A stretch of DNA of 64,000 nucleotides from Spongospora subterranea f. sp. subterranea (GCA_049724395.1 JAUGWO010000037.1:1-64000), one strand, 5' to 3'; positions 10,326 through 23,300 are shown, numbered from the stretch's first letter. Numbers and translations: made by a program. The notes: generated from the sequence alone by a model not told the origin.

Positions 10326-12984
10326 TCATAGCTGGTTACCGAGGTAACCGTCGGGTAAGGTAACTTCATATGCCAAGATGCCAGCGAAGTTTCCTCTTCG
10401 CCATTCCATCGTAGAAGAGCACGTCTCCTTTGACGAAAACGTGACAACAAAAATGAGCTCCGTTTCCATAGATAATCGCACCAAGTGCATATTCCATTGT
10501 CTCAAAGCTCAGCACCCGCGCTGTAGATGATATTTAGCATCAGTATCTCTTTCCCAGTGTTCAAGACAGTTTAAAATAAGAAGTTTGGGGTGAGATTTTG
10601 CGTCCAATTTTTCAGAGTGTCGAATGCGACCGCAAACATAAACGTTATCCATTTCTGTCTCTTCGGTGTCAATAAACAGATTGGACTTGAGTTGCAACAT
10701 ACATTCTCCAAATTCTGTTAGGGCTGCAGAATTAATAATTTGGCCGCAATCCTCTGGAATGGGTACCAAAGACGCGTCAACATCGGCTTGGGTGAACTGG
10801 CGAGGGTTTCTGGTTACAATATGACGGTATCGTTTGGATTTGGTGTATTGCGGCCTTGGGCACAGAGGTGACTGGCACGCCGATGAAACTGTTGCTTCAA
10901 AAGTCACCAATTCGGGAAGATGATCCAGATATGCAGAGTCAACATCTCGCATTAAGTCGTGAAGTGTCCCATCATTCGGAATTTTGAGAACTTTGGTGCA
11001 CCATAACCATCTTGCTTTAGCGTAATCCCCTGCCATTATCTGATCCAAAGACGTTGAAAGGATTGAACAGACATTGCTTGGAGTACTATCAGCAAGAAGA
11101 TTCGCTTCATCGAAACGTTGAAGAAGATAAAACGCCATGAGAGAAGTGTCCAAAGGGCACGTATTGGTAGCTTCAAACCCTTGATATTCAAAAGACCACG
11201 GTATTCCAAACGATGACCAATCGACGTCGTTGCCTAACTTAGGAACTTTATTGCGAGAACCTGGTGGCCTTCCATTAGCTTTACTTGTGATAACAAGCTC
11301 TTTTGAAGTATCCGGAGCTCGACCATCCTTTTGGAAAAACTTCTTCCTCTTCTTACAGGATTGATAACGTATTGGCATACCCCTTGAAGCACGCTCGTAG
11401 TCCATTTCGATGTTTTGCACAAACCGAACTGTATGGTCGAGCACTTCGGCGACTGATAGTTTTGTTTAGGTGCAGCTCGTTGAAAGACCCCGCCGAGACT
11501 CTCTTGCGCGTTAGTATCTTTACTGACGAACCATTTGCGGGTATAGACAATAATGCTGGGAATATAAACTTCCCTCTTGCAGGATGTAAATACCATGCTA
11601 GCCATTTTTTGATTTTCGGGTATTTCCTTTGTAGTTCTTTTGCAAACTGGTGAAAAGAGGCGTTCGAATGGTCTGGAGATCCAGTGCCTTAACGTAAAAT
11701 GACATTTCCTTCTCAGGACTGACAATGGCACCATTTCGACGCACCATGGTTAGAGATTTTTTGAAATGAACTTCGCAAAACCTATAAATCTTTTCAAGAG
11801 GCAGTGGCTGAAACTCTGGGATCATGAAATGGTCTCGTATAGCAAGTTCAAATCCCAATCGCTCAGCATCAGAGAAGTCGCACGTCATCCCAGGAAAACC
11901 CTCCAGGAATTCGTCCAAATTGTGAAATGCGAATGATTGCAGTAAGACTAAAAAGTGAACCTTGTAGTGATACTGTGATTTGCCAAACATTATTGATATA
12001 ACCAGAGGAATAGTTCTTTGAATTATTGGGCAATATGCGCTGGTGAACGTTACGTTTACCTCCTCAAAATGAATATCCTGAACGAATCCGTGCACTGAAT
12101 CGGTTTGCATACTGCTTTCTAGATCAAATGCTCTAGTTTTCATGAACTCGGTTTAGATCGAGACATGCCCGTTGACAGACGTTATAGACGACGAAAGTAT
12201 AATAGTCTTATCAGGGCTCATTTGCTTCTCGAACGATGCCAATACTTCAAGGGTATTTTTCGGGGACGCTTGTTGAAGAAATTTTTCTTCGCGTATTGGC
12301 AGTCCGGTCAAGGTTCGTAAATGCTGGATGAAGGATAGCTACCGAGGCTCGAGTAGCTGATCCGACTATCAAGTTTTTTGGAGGGATCTCCGGGGCAACT
12401 AGAACAATATCCCTAAATTTTGTCCTTGCTCATATTTGGTCGTATGGCATGCGGTTTCGCATGGTGATGTATTCCACGATGATAAATGTGTACAGCATGT
12501 TCATCGTCAACCAATTTCAACGTTACGTTGAATGCCCAATGGATCACTGTGGACATTTATAAACGCCCAAACACGATTTTAGATGAGGGCCATTTCTGGC
12601 TTTGTTATGGATATACACAGCCATTGCCCATCCAACGCTGCGAGATTCGATCACACTATCAGAAACGTGTTTGGATAACTCATAATGAACGTCTTTATTC
12701 GGCCATTCGGGTGTAGACTGATGGTTATAGCCTTCATCAGGTGCTTCTGCAGCTATCTCTGGAGAAAGGCTGGTAGAAATAGACACAAGTTCATGAAAGC
12801 TGGAACATCTGTTACTTGAGCTGGAACATCTGTTACTTTCAGAAAGACTTGGATTCTTTATCTTTTCATAGGGGTCCAAACTAAGCCTGTTTCCATCAAG
12901 AGTGTGCTGTAATGATCGACCATCCTGCATGTGAGAAATTTCACAGGGGGCTATATTTTTAGTGTGTACACACTCATTACACAC
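10326..12984 (-). mobile_element. Degenerate Mutator-like (MULE) DDE transposase gene with N-terminal GCM-type zinc finger and C-terminal USP-like cysteine peptidase domain
   Basis: GCM-like: EWP..GWAM..KSCLGVYKC and YHRGIHHHAKP (~12450-12490). DDE core: MQTDS, TCDFSDAERLGF, CEVH (CxxH), DTNAQESLG, then DGRAPDT. Cys box NTCPLD. His box YALGAIIYGNGAHFCCHVFVKGDVLFYDG (~10410-10497). Several frameshifts and stops. Confidence 0.75.
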
Positions 12985-13436
12985 TCAGAGGCCACGCACA
13001 ATTACACACTCAAATCTGAAATCGCTACTGTTTGCAATTTATGTAACAAGAATGCGTTGAATATAATTTTGATTCTATAGATCGATAGATCTTGCTGAGC
13101 TCAAGGTTTCTATAGTTTTAGATTTTTTCCAGTTCCCAATATTGACTGACATTTTACGCACTAAAGTTGAGAGAAAAGTAAAAATATTGAGATTAATACA
13201 GTACTACAGTACCCGCAAGACCAAACGTCCCTCCAGTATTATACTGTCGTCATGATCTATTTCCGGGTAATAATAGCCATTGAGTTACTGTACTTCGTTG
13301 CGTATCGGCTTTTGATTATGAACCAATTCCATTCCCTGTTCTCACGCAACCATCAGAATATCGGTTCCCCCTCTCCAATGCCATCACAACAACCTTCCTA
13401 GATGAAAGTCATTCGGATTTTGTCGAACTGCTCAAG

Positions 13437-15563
13437 ATGGGAACGCAGTTTGATCTGCATATCCCAGACTTTGTCCCTCTAACCATTCCCCCAGATGCAC
13501 AAAGATCCGAGTTAACCACTGGTCCGCCCTCTATCACTCCCAGTTTGGGAAACTACGATTCGGCACCACAGGGTACGATCACCACTCAACTTATTCCGAG
13601 CAATAAGTTTCCCCCCGAATATGAAGAGTATGATATTGTTTGGCGGTTCAACAACCCCAAGTACGCTGTACCAGACGAAGACATTAAACAAAAATTTCTA
13701 CTTCTTGCTGATTCAATTGAAAGGGTTAATGATCAGGAAAACCATGTTGATCATGTCCCAATCACGAAATTTCATCACGCTGTCTTTCCTAAGGCCACAT
13801 CATCAGCCGCCGATGATCTCCGAATACTGATAAACAAATGCTTGTCCGATTCCGGATCAGGTTTTAAAGTAAACATGGGTCCTGAACCTGTCATCACGCC
13901 ACCAGAACCAATTGTGTACCAACGACTGATGTTGTATATAAAAAAAAACCTTCCCCCATTAGCTCATTTAAAGAAGCGCAAATATCATGGCGATCCTAAA
14001 GATGGCTGGCTGTACCCACATGAAAGTGACGCTATCTCAACAAATTATCCCGTTCATGCTGTCGAAATCAAGCGAATATTGCTCCATATCAGCAACGTGA
14101 TCCGATCCACAGGGCGGTATTATGTGCAGATGTTTTTTATGAACCTCTGTTTACAAGCTGATTTCGTATTATTGTCGTTATGCGGCATGAAGGAAGACGA
14201 AACCATTGAATACGTTGCCCCGGTCATCATGCGCCGGCATCTTTCTGATAAGTGTCCCGGGAGAATAATATACACGAAGGACTCACATTCTGACAAAGCA
14301 GGGACAATGTTATCTGAGATATTTTGTTTTTCTCTCCACCGTATTATTGACAAGCGCCAAGTTGGGATCGCAAATGAAGCGACATACGAGCTCCACCGCT
14401 TACTTGATTCTTTGAAGGTCAGTACTATTTCTCAAATCACTGAGATTCCTCAAGACCCTATTCGGAGAAACATTCCTATTCCTGGACCCAAAAGTATTCA
14501 AGAAAGAAAGGCTACTCCAACAGCCAATACTTGTCGGGTTAGACCCAAATCTTGTCGCAAAAGAAAGGCTTCTCTTCAAGCCAATACTAGTCGGGGTCAA
14601 GCCCAGTTTAATCAGCCTATTCCAGACTTGGTCCCTCCATCCATTCCCCCAGCTCCCCAAAGTTCCCAGTTGACTTCTGGATCGCCCTCTATCACTTCCA
14701 GTTTGGCGAGCGACAATTCGGCACCATTGGGCACTATCACCACTCAACGTCCCCAAAGACAATATCCCCCCGAATATAAAGAGTATAAGGTTTGGTGTTC
14801 CGTCAACCCCAACAATTTTGTACTTGAAACTGACATAAAAGCAAGATTTCTACATCTTGCTAAGTCAATTGAAAGGGTTAATGATCCGGAAAACCATATT
14901 GATCATGTCCAATTCACGAATTTTCACCATATTGTCTTTCCTAAAGCCACAACAGAAGTCGCCGAGGAGCTCCGAATACTGATCTGCATGTGCTTGTCCG
15001 ATTCCGGATCAGATTTCGGCCTGAACATGGGTTCAATCTGTCATCACGCCACCAGAACCAATTTTGTACCAACGGCTGATATTGTATATCAAGAATACCT
15101 TCCCCCATTAGTTTATTTGAAGAAGTTTAGCGATCAGGGCGATTCTGAAAATGGCTGGCTGTACCCACATGAAAGTGACGCTATCTCAACATATTATCCC
15201 GTTCATGCTGTCGAAATCAAGCGAATATTGCTCCATATCAGCAACGTGATCCGATGCACAAGTCGGTATTATGTGCAGATGTTTTCTATGAACCTCTGTT
15301 TACAAGCTGATTTCGTATTATTGTCGCTATGCGGCATGGAGGAAGACGAAGCCATTCAATACGTTGCCCCGGTCATCATGCGCCGGTTTATTTCTGATAA
15401 GCGTTTCGGGAGAATGTTATACTCGAAGGACTCACACTCTGACACAGCAGGAGAAATGTTATCGGATTTATTTTGTCATTCTCTCTACCGTATTATTGAC
15501 AAGCGCCAACCTGGGATCGCAAATGAAGCCAAAGACGAGCTCCACCGCTTACTTGAATCTTAA
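13437..15563 (+). CDS. Hypothetical 708-aa protein composed of two tandem ~330-aa repeats of an unrecognised domain
   Basis: Long open frame. Both halves contain NH(V/I)DHV, CLSDSGS, GWLYPHESDAIST, KRILLHISNVIR, NLCLQADFVLLSLCGM and SL(H/Y)RIIDKRQ. Confidence 0.65.
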   Translation: MGTQFDLHIPDFVPLTIPPDAQRSELTTGPPSITPSLGNYDSAPQGTITTQLIPSNKFPPEYEEYDIVWRFNNPKYAVPDEDIKQKFLLLADSIERVNDQENHVDHVPITKFHHAVFPKATSSAADDLRILINKCLSDSGSGFKVNMGPEPVITPPEPIVYQRLMLYIKKNLPPLAHLKKRKYHGDPKDGWLYPHESDAISTNYPVHAVEIKRILLHISNVIRSTGRYYVQMFFMNLCLQADFVLLSLCGMKEDETIEYVAPVIMRRHLSDKCPGRIIYTKDSHSDKAGTMLSEIFCFSLHRIIDKRQVGIANEATYELHRLLDSLKVSTISQITEIPQDPIRRNIPIPGPKSIQERKATPTANTCRVRPKSCRKRKASLQANTSRGQAQFNQPIPDLVPPSIPPAPQSSQLTSGSPSITSSLASDNSAPLGTITTQRPQRQYPPEYKEYKVWCSVNPNNFVLETDIKARFLHLAKSIERVNDPENHIDHVQFTNFHHIVFPKATTEVAEELRILICMCLSDSGSDFGLNMGSICHHATRTNFVPTADIVYQEYLPPLVYLKKFSDQGDSENGWLYPHESDAISTYYPVHAVEIKRILLHISNVIRCTSRYYVQMFSMNLCLQADFVLLSLCGMEEDEAIQYVAPVIMRRFISDKRFGRMLYSKDSHSDTAGEMLSDLFCHSLYRIIDKRQPGIANEAKDELHRLLES

Positions 15564-15939
15564 AAGTCAGTACTATTCCTCAAATCACTGAGAGAAAAGG
15601 AGTAATATTTGATCCTCGATCCCAAAGTAGTCTGAATACAGAGGACTCTCCCCAAGCCATGGCTAGTCGGGATCAAGCCAATACTAGTCGGAAGAGAAAG
15701 GATTTTCCTCAAGCCGATACTAGTCGGGATCAAGCCAAAAGAAAGTCTTTTCCTCAAGCTGATTCTGCCGTTGAATGTGCGACTTTGTACCCCCTAACAA
15801 AACAGGGTTCTGGATGGGGATGGGGGAGTACAAAGTCCCGGTCAAAATCCGTTGGCGTGCGATTCAAGTTATTTTAACTTGTATGTTCCCTAAATAAACA
15901 CCATTGGATGTACTGATACAGGATATGTCATTCCCAAAC

Positions 15940-16754
15940 GGAGGCCATACACCGCGATTGAAAAGCCAGAGATTTTAAAAAATATCGATGCAGGCCTTCC
16001 TGACATACCGGCCAAAGCGTTCTGAGCTAGTTTGTCGATCGGCAAAGAGCGTCTTCGCAGGTGCTCTGCCCATTCTGGACTCTCACCAAGATGATATTTT
16101 ATGGTATCTTTTTTAAAGACGAGAATGTGGTTTTGGTAACGCTTTCCATCGATTCGTCTGTTTTCATGTCCTAAGATGCCATCACTTCAGCGGTTTCAAT
16201 AAGGATGGTCGGTTCTTTAATAAAATCCATAAATTGGGAGTTTGTAGAGAAATCAGGAGGGGCGAGACTCTCCATTATCCGCCGTTTTGTCAAAAGTCAC
16301 CGCTATGGGATCAGGATTGTCACGAATGTCGCACAGCAAAACCCCTCCGAAAATTGGCGGCTGACTTTGTCATGTCAATCAGAAAGCAATTACCTTCGTT
16401 GCCAGCGCAGCATCTGATCCTGAACATGGATCAGACGCCAGGGGTTTTTTCAATGGAAGCCGGCGCCGAGTTAAATCGTATCGGTTCACGAACGGGGAAT
16501 ATTAACTCAAGCACAAACTTTACCCTACGAGTAATAGTTGGCGTTAATGGCGACATCCTCGTACCAATTATAATACTCAAGGGCAAATCGTCAGGCCTGA
16601 TTGACCGATTATCCCCAAATTTTCCAGATGGGGCAACTTATGCTTGCCAGGATAACGCCTGGATGGATGAAAAAATGATGATCAAGTGGATCGACAAAGT
16701 AAAACATATCAGCTCGTTTTATTCGTATCTGATTGCTTGACAGGTATTGGAGCC
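15940..16754 (+). mobile_element. pogo/Tc5-like (CENP-B HTH + DDE_1) transposase remnant, 3'-truncated
   Basis: HTH-like RMVGS..KSGGARLSIIRRFVKSH..IRIVTNVAQ; DDE_1 motifs ILNMDQTP, GDILVPIIILKG, QDNAWMDEKMMIKW; frameshifted; 45-nt GT-AG intron at 16699-16743; start approximate. Confidence 0.8.
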
Positions 16755-19631
16755 GTACCGTATTGCCATCCTTTGTACCGTATTGCCATCCTATTATTTA
16801 TTGTTTGGACTTGCACCAGCCTTGATACAGGCCGAACATTTACCATTGCGCCGAATCGACGCTGATCTATTCAAAGTCATTTACTTCAAAGAAGGACAAC
16901 TTAGCTTGTTAACAGATCAATACCTATTGACATCGTCTGCACCCCTGCCTCTTTTCCTGGGTGGCCGTACCGGAACATTGATAAAAGGCTCGGTTTGAAT
17001 GTTATTATTTTCTATGAAGGCCGGACTCCCATCTCCATGTAGTTCCGAAATGAAAGGAGGTTCATTGTCAATAGCTTGTACAAGTGCTGATAATCAATGG
17101 CATGTGATTCGACCGTCTTTCAAAGATTGTTAATTTTAGTGTATCGAACATCTGCTTTCGCTGGGTATACAATACTTTGATATACCGTCATGTTCCAAGT
17201 GAGTGTGTGCAGAATTTGGAATAGTTTGAGGACGACCATCGTTGTCACGAGCAGCTGCCGTAATATTCAGCTTCAATAAAACGTTGCTGTGAAGCGGGTG
17301 GCCATCGATTCACCAGCGTTGATTCACTGCAAAGAGATTCGGAGAAATACGACAAAATACAGCACAGATGCCTGCCCATGGGGTGTCGCGAAGGACAATT
17401 TCGTTGGTTGCAAAATGACTGTTATACAGAAAACAGAGGTTGTGGAAAAAATTGAGGAGATGGCGCCTGGTGAATCAAATCCGAATTCAACAACAGATAA
17501 GAATCTGGTGGAGAAACAGAGGCTGATTGCGGTGACGATGAGGGTTCAGAATACACTGGTTTTGGAGGAGGTGCAGGAGGCGAAAGCGGATGTAAAGGAG
17601 ATGTTGGAGGAGATGGAAAAAGCAATGGCGGAGGTAAAGGAGACGATGGAGCACCACAAATCAAGCGCAAGAGCAGGTTTCGATGTATGTATGGTCTGTT
17701 TACCATTACGATCCCTTTTCATCAAATTTGTACACTATTTTCCGTGGCAAGATCTAAATAACCACCGCGTTAATAAGCCATTTTATGGGAGATCAACGAT
17801 ATTCCTGAAAATTACCACAGCGACTTTGCTCAATGTCAAATGGTGCTAGGTCAGTTGGCCATCATATTTGCTTTACCTGTGTCAGTTCACGTATTGCACA
17901 ATTTCCATTGATTTCACAAAAGACGCGCCACTTTATTTGCGCTTTATCATCATCAACATGAAAATTTCATATTTGTTTGTAATCTGATATTTTGCCGCCG
18001 TGGCGCTACTAGCCTGATCAATAGATTCTTCATCCCTAATTGGATTCATGGTTTCGCATACTCTGAGCGATCTGTTCCGCTGTAATGTGTTTAGTATTGT
18101 TTACAATTCACACAACGGTGGTTGTTGCGATCAGTACGAGGCATTTCCGTTTGATATTTTGAGACATTGTGAACACTGATCAGTGTTTGGTAAAACACAG
18201 ATAAGGACAGATCCCTTGCGATGTTTCTCTTCTGTATTTCACAAATGCCACCTGTTGATTACGTCTTCATCGTTTTCAGACCCATTCATCCCTGATTCTT
18301 TTGACATCGATTGCGGCGACCACGACGTTCAATGCTGGAAACCCTTTCCGGACCATAATAAATTACTGGGAGCTCCTTTACCACATTTGCCAACAGGACA
18401 CGATCAATCGCAGAGCAAGCGTCGGGAAGACCCTACAGAACGCCTCAAACCCGTTCGAGAGCAGACCTGACCGAACTAGGTTTATCACATCGGGGCCGAT
18501 ACACTTTTTACAGAACGATCGTTTGTTGGTCAGTAAAACACCGACGTTGAACTCGACGTTTTGATTGGGCGAACCAGAATGTGCCAAGCTATTACAGGTC
18601 ACTGCTACCGATATTCTAGTTCGAAAAAAGCGATACTCTTTACATTTGGCCGTTCAATTATGTTCTTTCACGATCGTGTCGAGTAGTATCGGAACAGCGA
18701 AGCGACAAATGTCCCGCATCCAAACATCGTGGGTATCTCTCGTCGGCAATCAAACCTCAAATTGTGTTTGCCGAAAGGTATCTAGCGCAAACTACCTGAA
18801 CGATCCGCCATGAAATTTTGGCAGCGCGCCATGAATAACGGTCACCATAACCTAGAGCAATATCAAAACTGGAGATATGAGATATGACCACAATTGGCCA
18901 TATTGACGTGCGGGGCTTTATCGTCATATCTGGATCAATTGACCACAACGAGGTTGATTGGGACCCTGATTGAGCTAGAACCTGATTAGTCCAGTCAACA
19001 ATGTCATAGTCCAATCAATCTCTTGTAAAGCGCCACTTCAAAAGATTGTTTTCTAAACAGAGATTTCCGTTCATATTTTGAGATAAAGGGGAACCCTTTG
19101 TCGGACAGGTCATCTCCATTCCAGGCTGCGACTTGAACCCGACCATTTAACACTGCAAAACATCCAATGGATATTGACTGAATCTCGCGATCATTACAGC
19201 GACGCTTTTGATGAACCTCTCACTTTTGATTCGGGTGTCCTCACTCCAGGACGACATCAATGTTGGTCTGGAGATCACATTGGCGTCAGGAAGGAAATTG
19301 GGATCACTTTGAATATGGAGTTTTTTGTGTTCATGTGGTGACGCAATTTTAAACAAATTCGAAATATTTGGATAATTGACGTGGCAATACTGTAAATCGA
19401 ACTTTGATGCCTTTCGAAATCATGATCCATCATCATCATCGTCAAAAAGTCGACACCACATCTATCATAATCCAAATCGCTCGTTGGTGTCGACATCCGA
19501 CTGGAAAATCATGAAAACTTGGTCCAGAATTCGCCATATCTTCAATGATGATCATCAGGGCCTCAGAGGGCTTCTCGTATAGGGTATATTAGTATTTGAC
19601 GGCATAAGTTAGAACCCTCACAAGGTCATCT

Positions 19632-19705
19632 GGGGGGTTAGTGTAGTTGGTCATCACGCATCGTTCGCAACGATGAGGTCGCGGTTTCGAATACCGCATT
19701 CTCCA
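19632..19705 (+). tRNA. tRNA-Ala, anticodon CGC
   Basis: Acceptor GGGGGGT/ATTCTCC with G3:U70; anticodon arm CATCG-TTCGCAA-CGATG; T arm GCGGT-TTCGAAT-ACCGC; discriminator A; T-run Pol III terminator at ~19710-19716. Confidence 0.92.
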
Positions 19706-20351
19706 TTACTTTTTTTGATGTATTGTTTGGTGATCTTGCCCCTGGTCTCCCTTCAACATGAAATAAATTAACATGTTCTCACACCTTTGGTAACTCGTCT
19801 CGTCACTGCTTCATTAACGAACCGAAACGCCATTGTTCAATCTTGTGAAATCGTTGTATCTGTGTATTGATCATGGGACCTGGCACCTTGATATCGGTAC
19901 TTGATCAATATCATATAAAATCCTAGGGTTGATCATCGCTCGTGCCCCCAAAAACAAACCTAATTAGTCCATCTCTTGCACACCGAATCCGGGTCCTGTG
20001 GAATTCGAGAGATGACTGAATAGGTTTTACGGCGCGTTCCTACCTATCCCCCATAATCGCCGTTTTCCCAACAACGCCTCGGTATAATCATCCTTCGCCG
20101 ACCGCCTCCGCATCGTCTGCGGTAGTTATGAAAGGGATTATGAAAAAAATCGGGTCGAAAAAGGTTCGTTTTTGCCGGTCATTACCCGTTTATGACACAT
20201 CAATCCCCTTAATTTTACAAAAACTGTGTTCGTGAAAACGATCGTTTTCGAAACCATGTCGTTTGCCAGCAATAAACACTCTCTTGTGGGAAACAACAAT
20301 GAATCAATCCCGGAACGCTGTTGCCGCTGTAGTTCGACGTTGACGACCAAG

Positions 20352-23300
20352 ATGAGTCGACAAGGTCGGTTGGCGTTGGCGCCAGGACAAGAACATCGCT
20401 CAAAACCACGATGAAGCCGATCCCTGAGCCAGATCAGAGCACTGTGGCCAAGTTGCGAACACTGCAGCAAAAGCTTCGTTCAGCGATGAGAATGGATAAT
20501 GTTCGATTCGGGACCCGATCCCACCCGAGGAGCGCGATTGGAGTGTTTTGACTGATATCACTAGGTCGACGAGGAGAAACTGGAGCGAATTCCGCCGATC
20601 GTGTCGCGCCCAATGCCAATCAAGGATGTGGATCCAATAGGACGGCGCCGTGTTCGAGCAAAGGGCACACCCAAGCTGGTGACGCTAACTTCGGGCTTGT
20701 TCGAGCGCCTTTTACTACTGAGGCGTTCGCCCTTCTTCCATGGTGTCTCAGATGGCGAACTACAAAGGTGAACTCGCTCTATTCTCGATAGCGATCTGGT
20801 TTCGTTCGATAACTTGCCACAAAAAACGCAGATTATCATCGTTCTTTAAGGACGCGATATTCCCATCGGCCGGAGCTGTAATTCTGAAAGAGGGCGATAG
20901 TGGTCCGTTGTTCTCATAATCGCCCATCTCTGATCCGTGTTGATCGCTCACGATCAGGTGGCCGATTTTATGTCATTCGTAACGGTGCCGTCTCCCTTGC
21001 CGCAAACGGAATCCATCTCGGGGTTCTGAAAACGCCCGCGTACTTTGGCGAGGTCAACGCCCAACACAAACTGGGTTGTTTCGCCCACTCACTTTCTGGC
21101 AATTCTGGTTCTAGGTCTCGTTGCTGACGTCCTGTAAACAATACGCGACGGTCACGACAATTCTCGACAACACCCAATGTCTCTCATTGGAAATCCCGGA
21201 TTTCAATCGTTAGCGTGGTCCGGTGTCAACACAGCTCTGCGACTGATCCAACCCCGTTCAGATTTCATCGAGAGCGGTGATACCGGTGTTCGAGAGCGGC
21301 TCAACCAGGCACTTCAGCAGCGAACGTCGCTGACGTTGAAGGCGATCCCGTTCTTCGCCCCATTACAAACCCGACAGAAACATGGCGGATTGGTGACCTC
21401 GTTTGACGAAGAGAAACTGTCAATGTTATCGCACCTGTTTCGCTATGTCGAAGTGGCCGAAGGCCAAGACGTCTTCCAGCAAGGACAGCGCGCCGACTCA
21501 TTCTACGTCATTCTTCAAGGTTCGTTCCTTAGCGCTTTCCGAAACCTTTGTGGTTTTGACCCGAACGATTTACTGATTTTGATCGGGACAGGTCAGGTGG
21601 CGGTGCTAAGTTCGCCATCGGTTGATGGAGGTGATGGTCAATTAGATCGACCCGATGTCGAAGTTGATGATTTGGGTTCAGGTCCGCCAATACAACTGAA
21701 CCTGCTCGGGAACGGGGACTGGTTCGGCGAGGACGCACTGATGAGCGACGATCGCCCGCTATACACGGTCGCCGTCACCAGCAGGGCACGAACCACTCTC
21801 CTTCGACTGGATCGCGAAGATTTCGCCAAGTTCTCCGAGGTATGTTTTGTCGCCATTCCATCACAACCATGGCGACACCAGGTTTCATCGCCATATCTGT
21901 AGTGCGCTCCCGAATTGCAGCACACGGTTCGGCAGAACCTCCACGTTCGAACGGCGGATTGCTTGATCAACATGCCGTTCTTCTCGAAGGTCAAGGAAAA
22001 CAAACCGGTTGGGCCGCGCATGCCGAACTCCCATCCCTCGATGAGATTCGCTGAACACGTCGTAGTGGTCGAAATTAGCATTATTGGGGAGCCTGTTCCG
22101 CTTTCAGCAATTCGCCGCCGACGACGTCGTCTGCCGCGAAGGGGAGTTCAGCACCGGATTCTACATCATCGCCAACGGTCTTTGCCGCGTCCACGTCTCG
22201 GATCCGCACAGCAATACCGAGATCACGATTGAGGAGTTGACCACAGGTTATTCGACGACCTCGATCTCTCTGTGGAACTGATTCGGTTCCCGGTTCAACA
22301 GGGCAATGGTTCGGGGAAATGTCGTTGTTGTTGGAGTCGCCCAGAACGGCAACGGTCACCTGTATTCAGGCCACATTGCTCTGCGTCCTGGACGAGAAGT
22401 CGTTCCGCGCGTTCAACGATATCGCACCCGAGCTGTCGGAAACCTTCAACAGTCTGATCCTGCTCCGAACCAGCACCGCCTTACAAAGGTTCGAGATCTT
22501 CCGACACATCAAGGAGAACAAACCTGTAAAGTCCCGCCAAATTCATGGGAGACAACAACGACCCCGTATTCTCACGATCGTTTCTGTCCTGATTTTGTAG
22601 TGGTCGAAACTGGAGCTGTTGGCGACGATGATGAAGTATTCGCCCGAGAAGAAAGACACAGTGATCATATCGGCCGGGACCGAGATCGAGAACCTATATC
22701 TAATTTCCAACGGGTCGGTCAACAAAATCGTGGGCGGCAATGTTGTCGAGACCATTCGCGCAGGTATCATTCAATGTTAAATGCGTTTCTGTAAAACTTG
22801 GAAACGTTTGGAAAAATCGTGTTTGTTGTTTGAAAAATCGTGGAACGGCGGAACGGGTGTTTCAGGAAACTGGGGCGGATTGTCTGATGATGATGATGAT
22901 ATGTTCAGGGGATTGTATTGGCGCCTCGGCCCTGATCAATAACGATCCAGCACCGGCCACGTTCGTCACCGCTTCCAATTGCCTGTTCCTGACTCTGCAC
23001 AAAAACCAGTTCGACAAGTTCACCAAGTATCCAATTCTTGTTCATCGTCGATTTTTGTTCCCTTCTTCCGCATTGAGTTCCCAAAATTCATTGCCAGAAT
23101 TATTCACTGGATGATCGATCTTGATGAATTGTTTGGCGATAGGATCGTTCCCGAATGTATCGACGTTCTAAACGAGACCCTTGATCCTGGCCCAGAGCCG
23201 TTAGTTCCCCCATCAACATGTTCGTTCTTTGGTCGCTGAAATAACAACCGACTTGGGTTACAGGATCTCGGCGACCGACAGCGCCTCCGACGACGACGAC

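Noticed and set aside
9786..10465. MITE with 145-bp TIRs
   Set aside because: The right arm is the coding His-box of the transposase gene and no TSD was seen; better explained as an inverted duplication
17289..17849. ORF with an acidic coiled-coil stretch (EEVQEAKADVKEMLEEMEK)
   Set aside because: Non-ATG start, low complexity and no recognisable motif; cannot be supported as a gene
16800..19580. Fragmentary ORFs that may be decayed transposon sequence
   Set aside because: No diagnostic motif could be assembled in any frame
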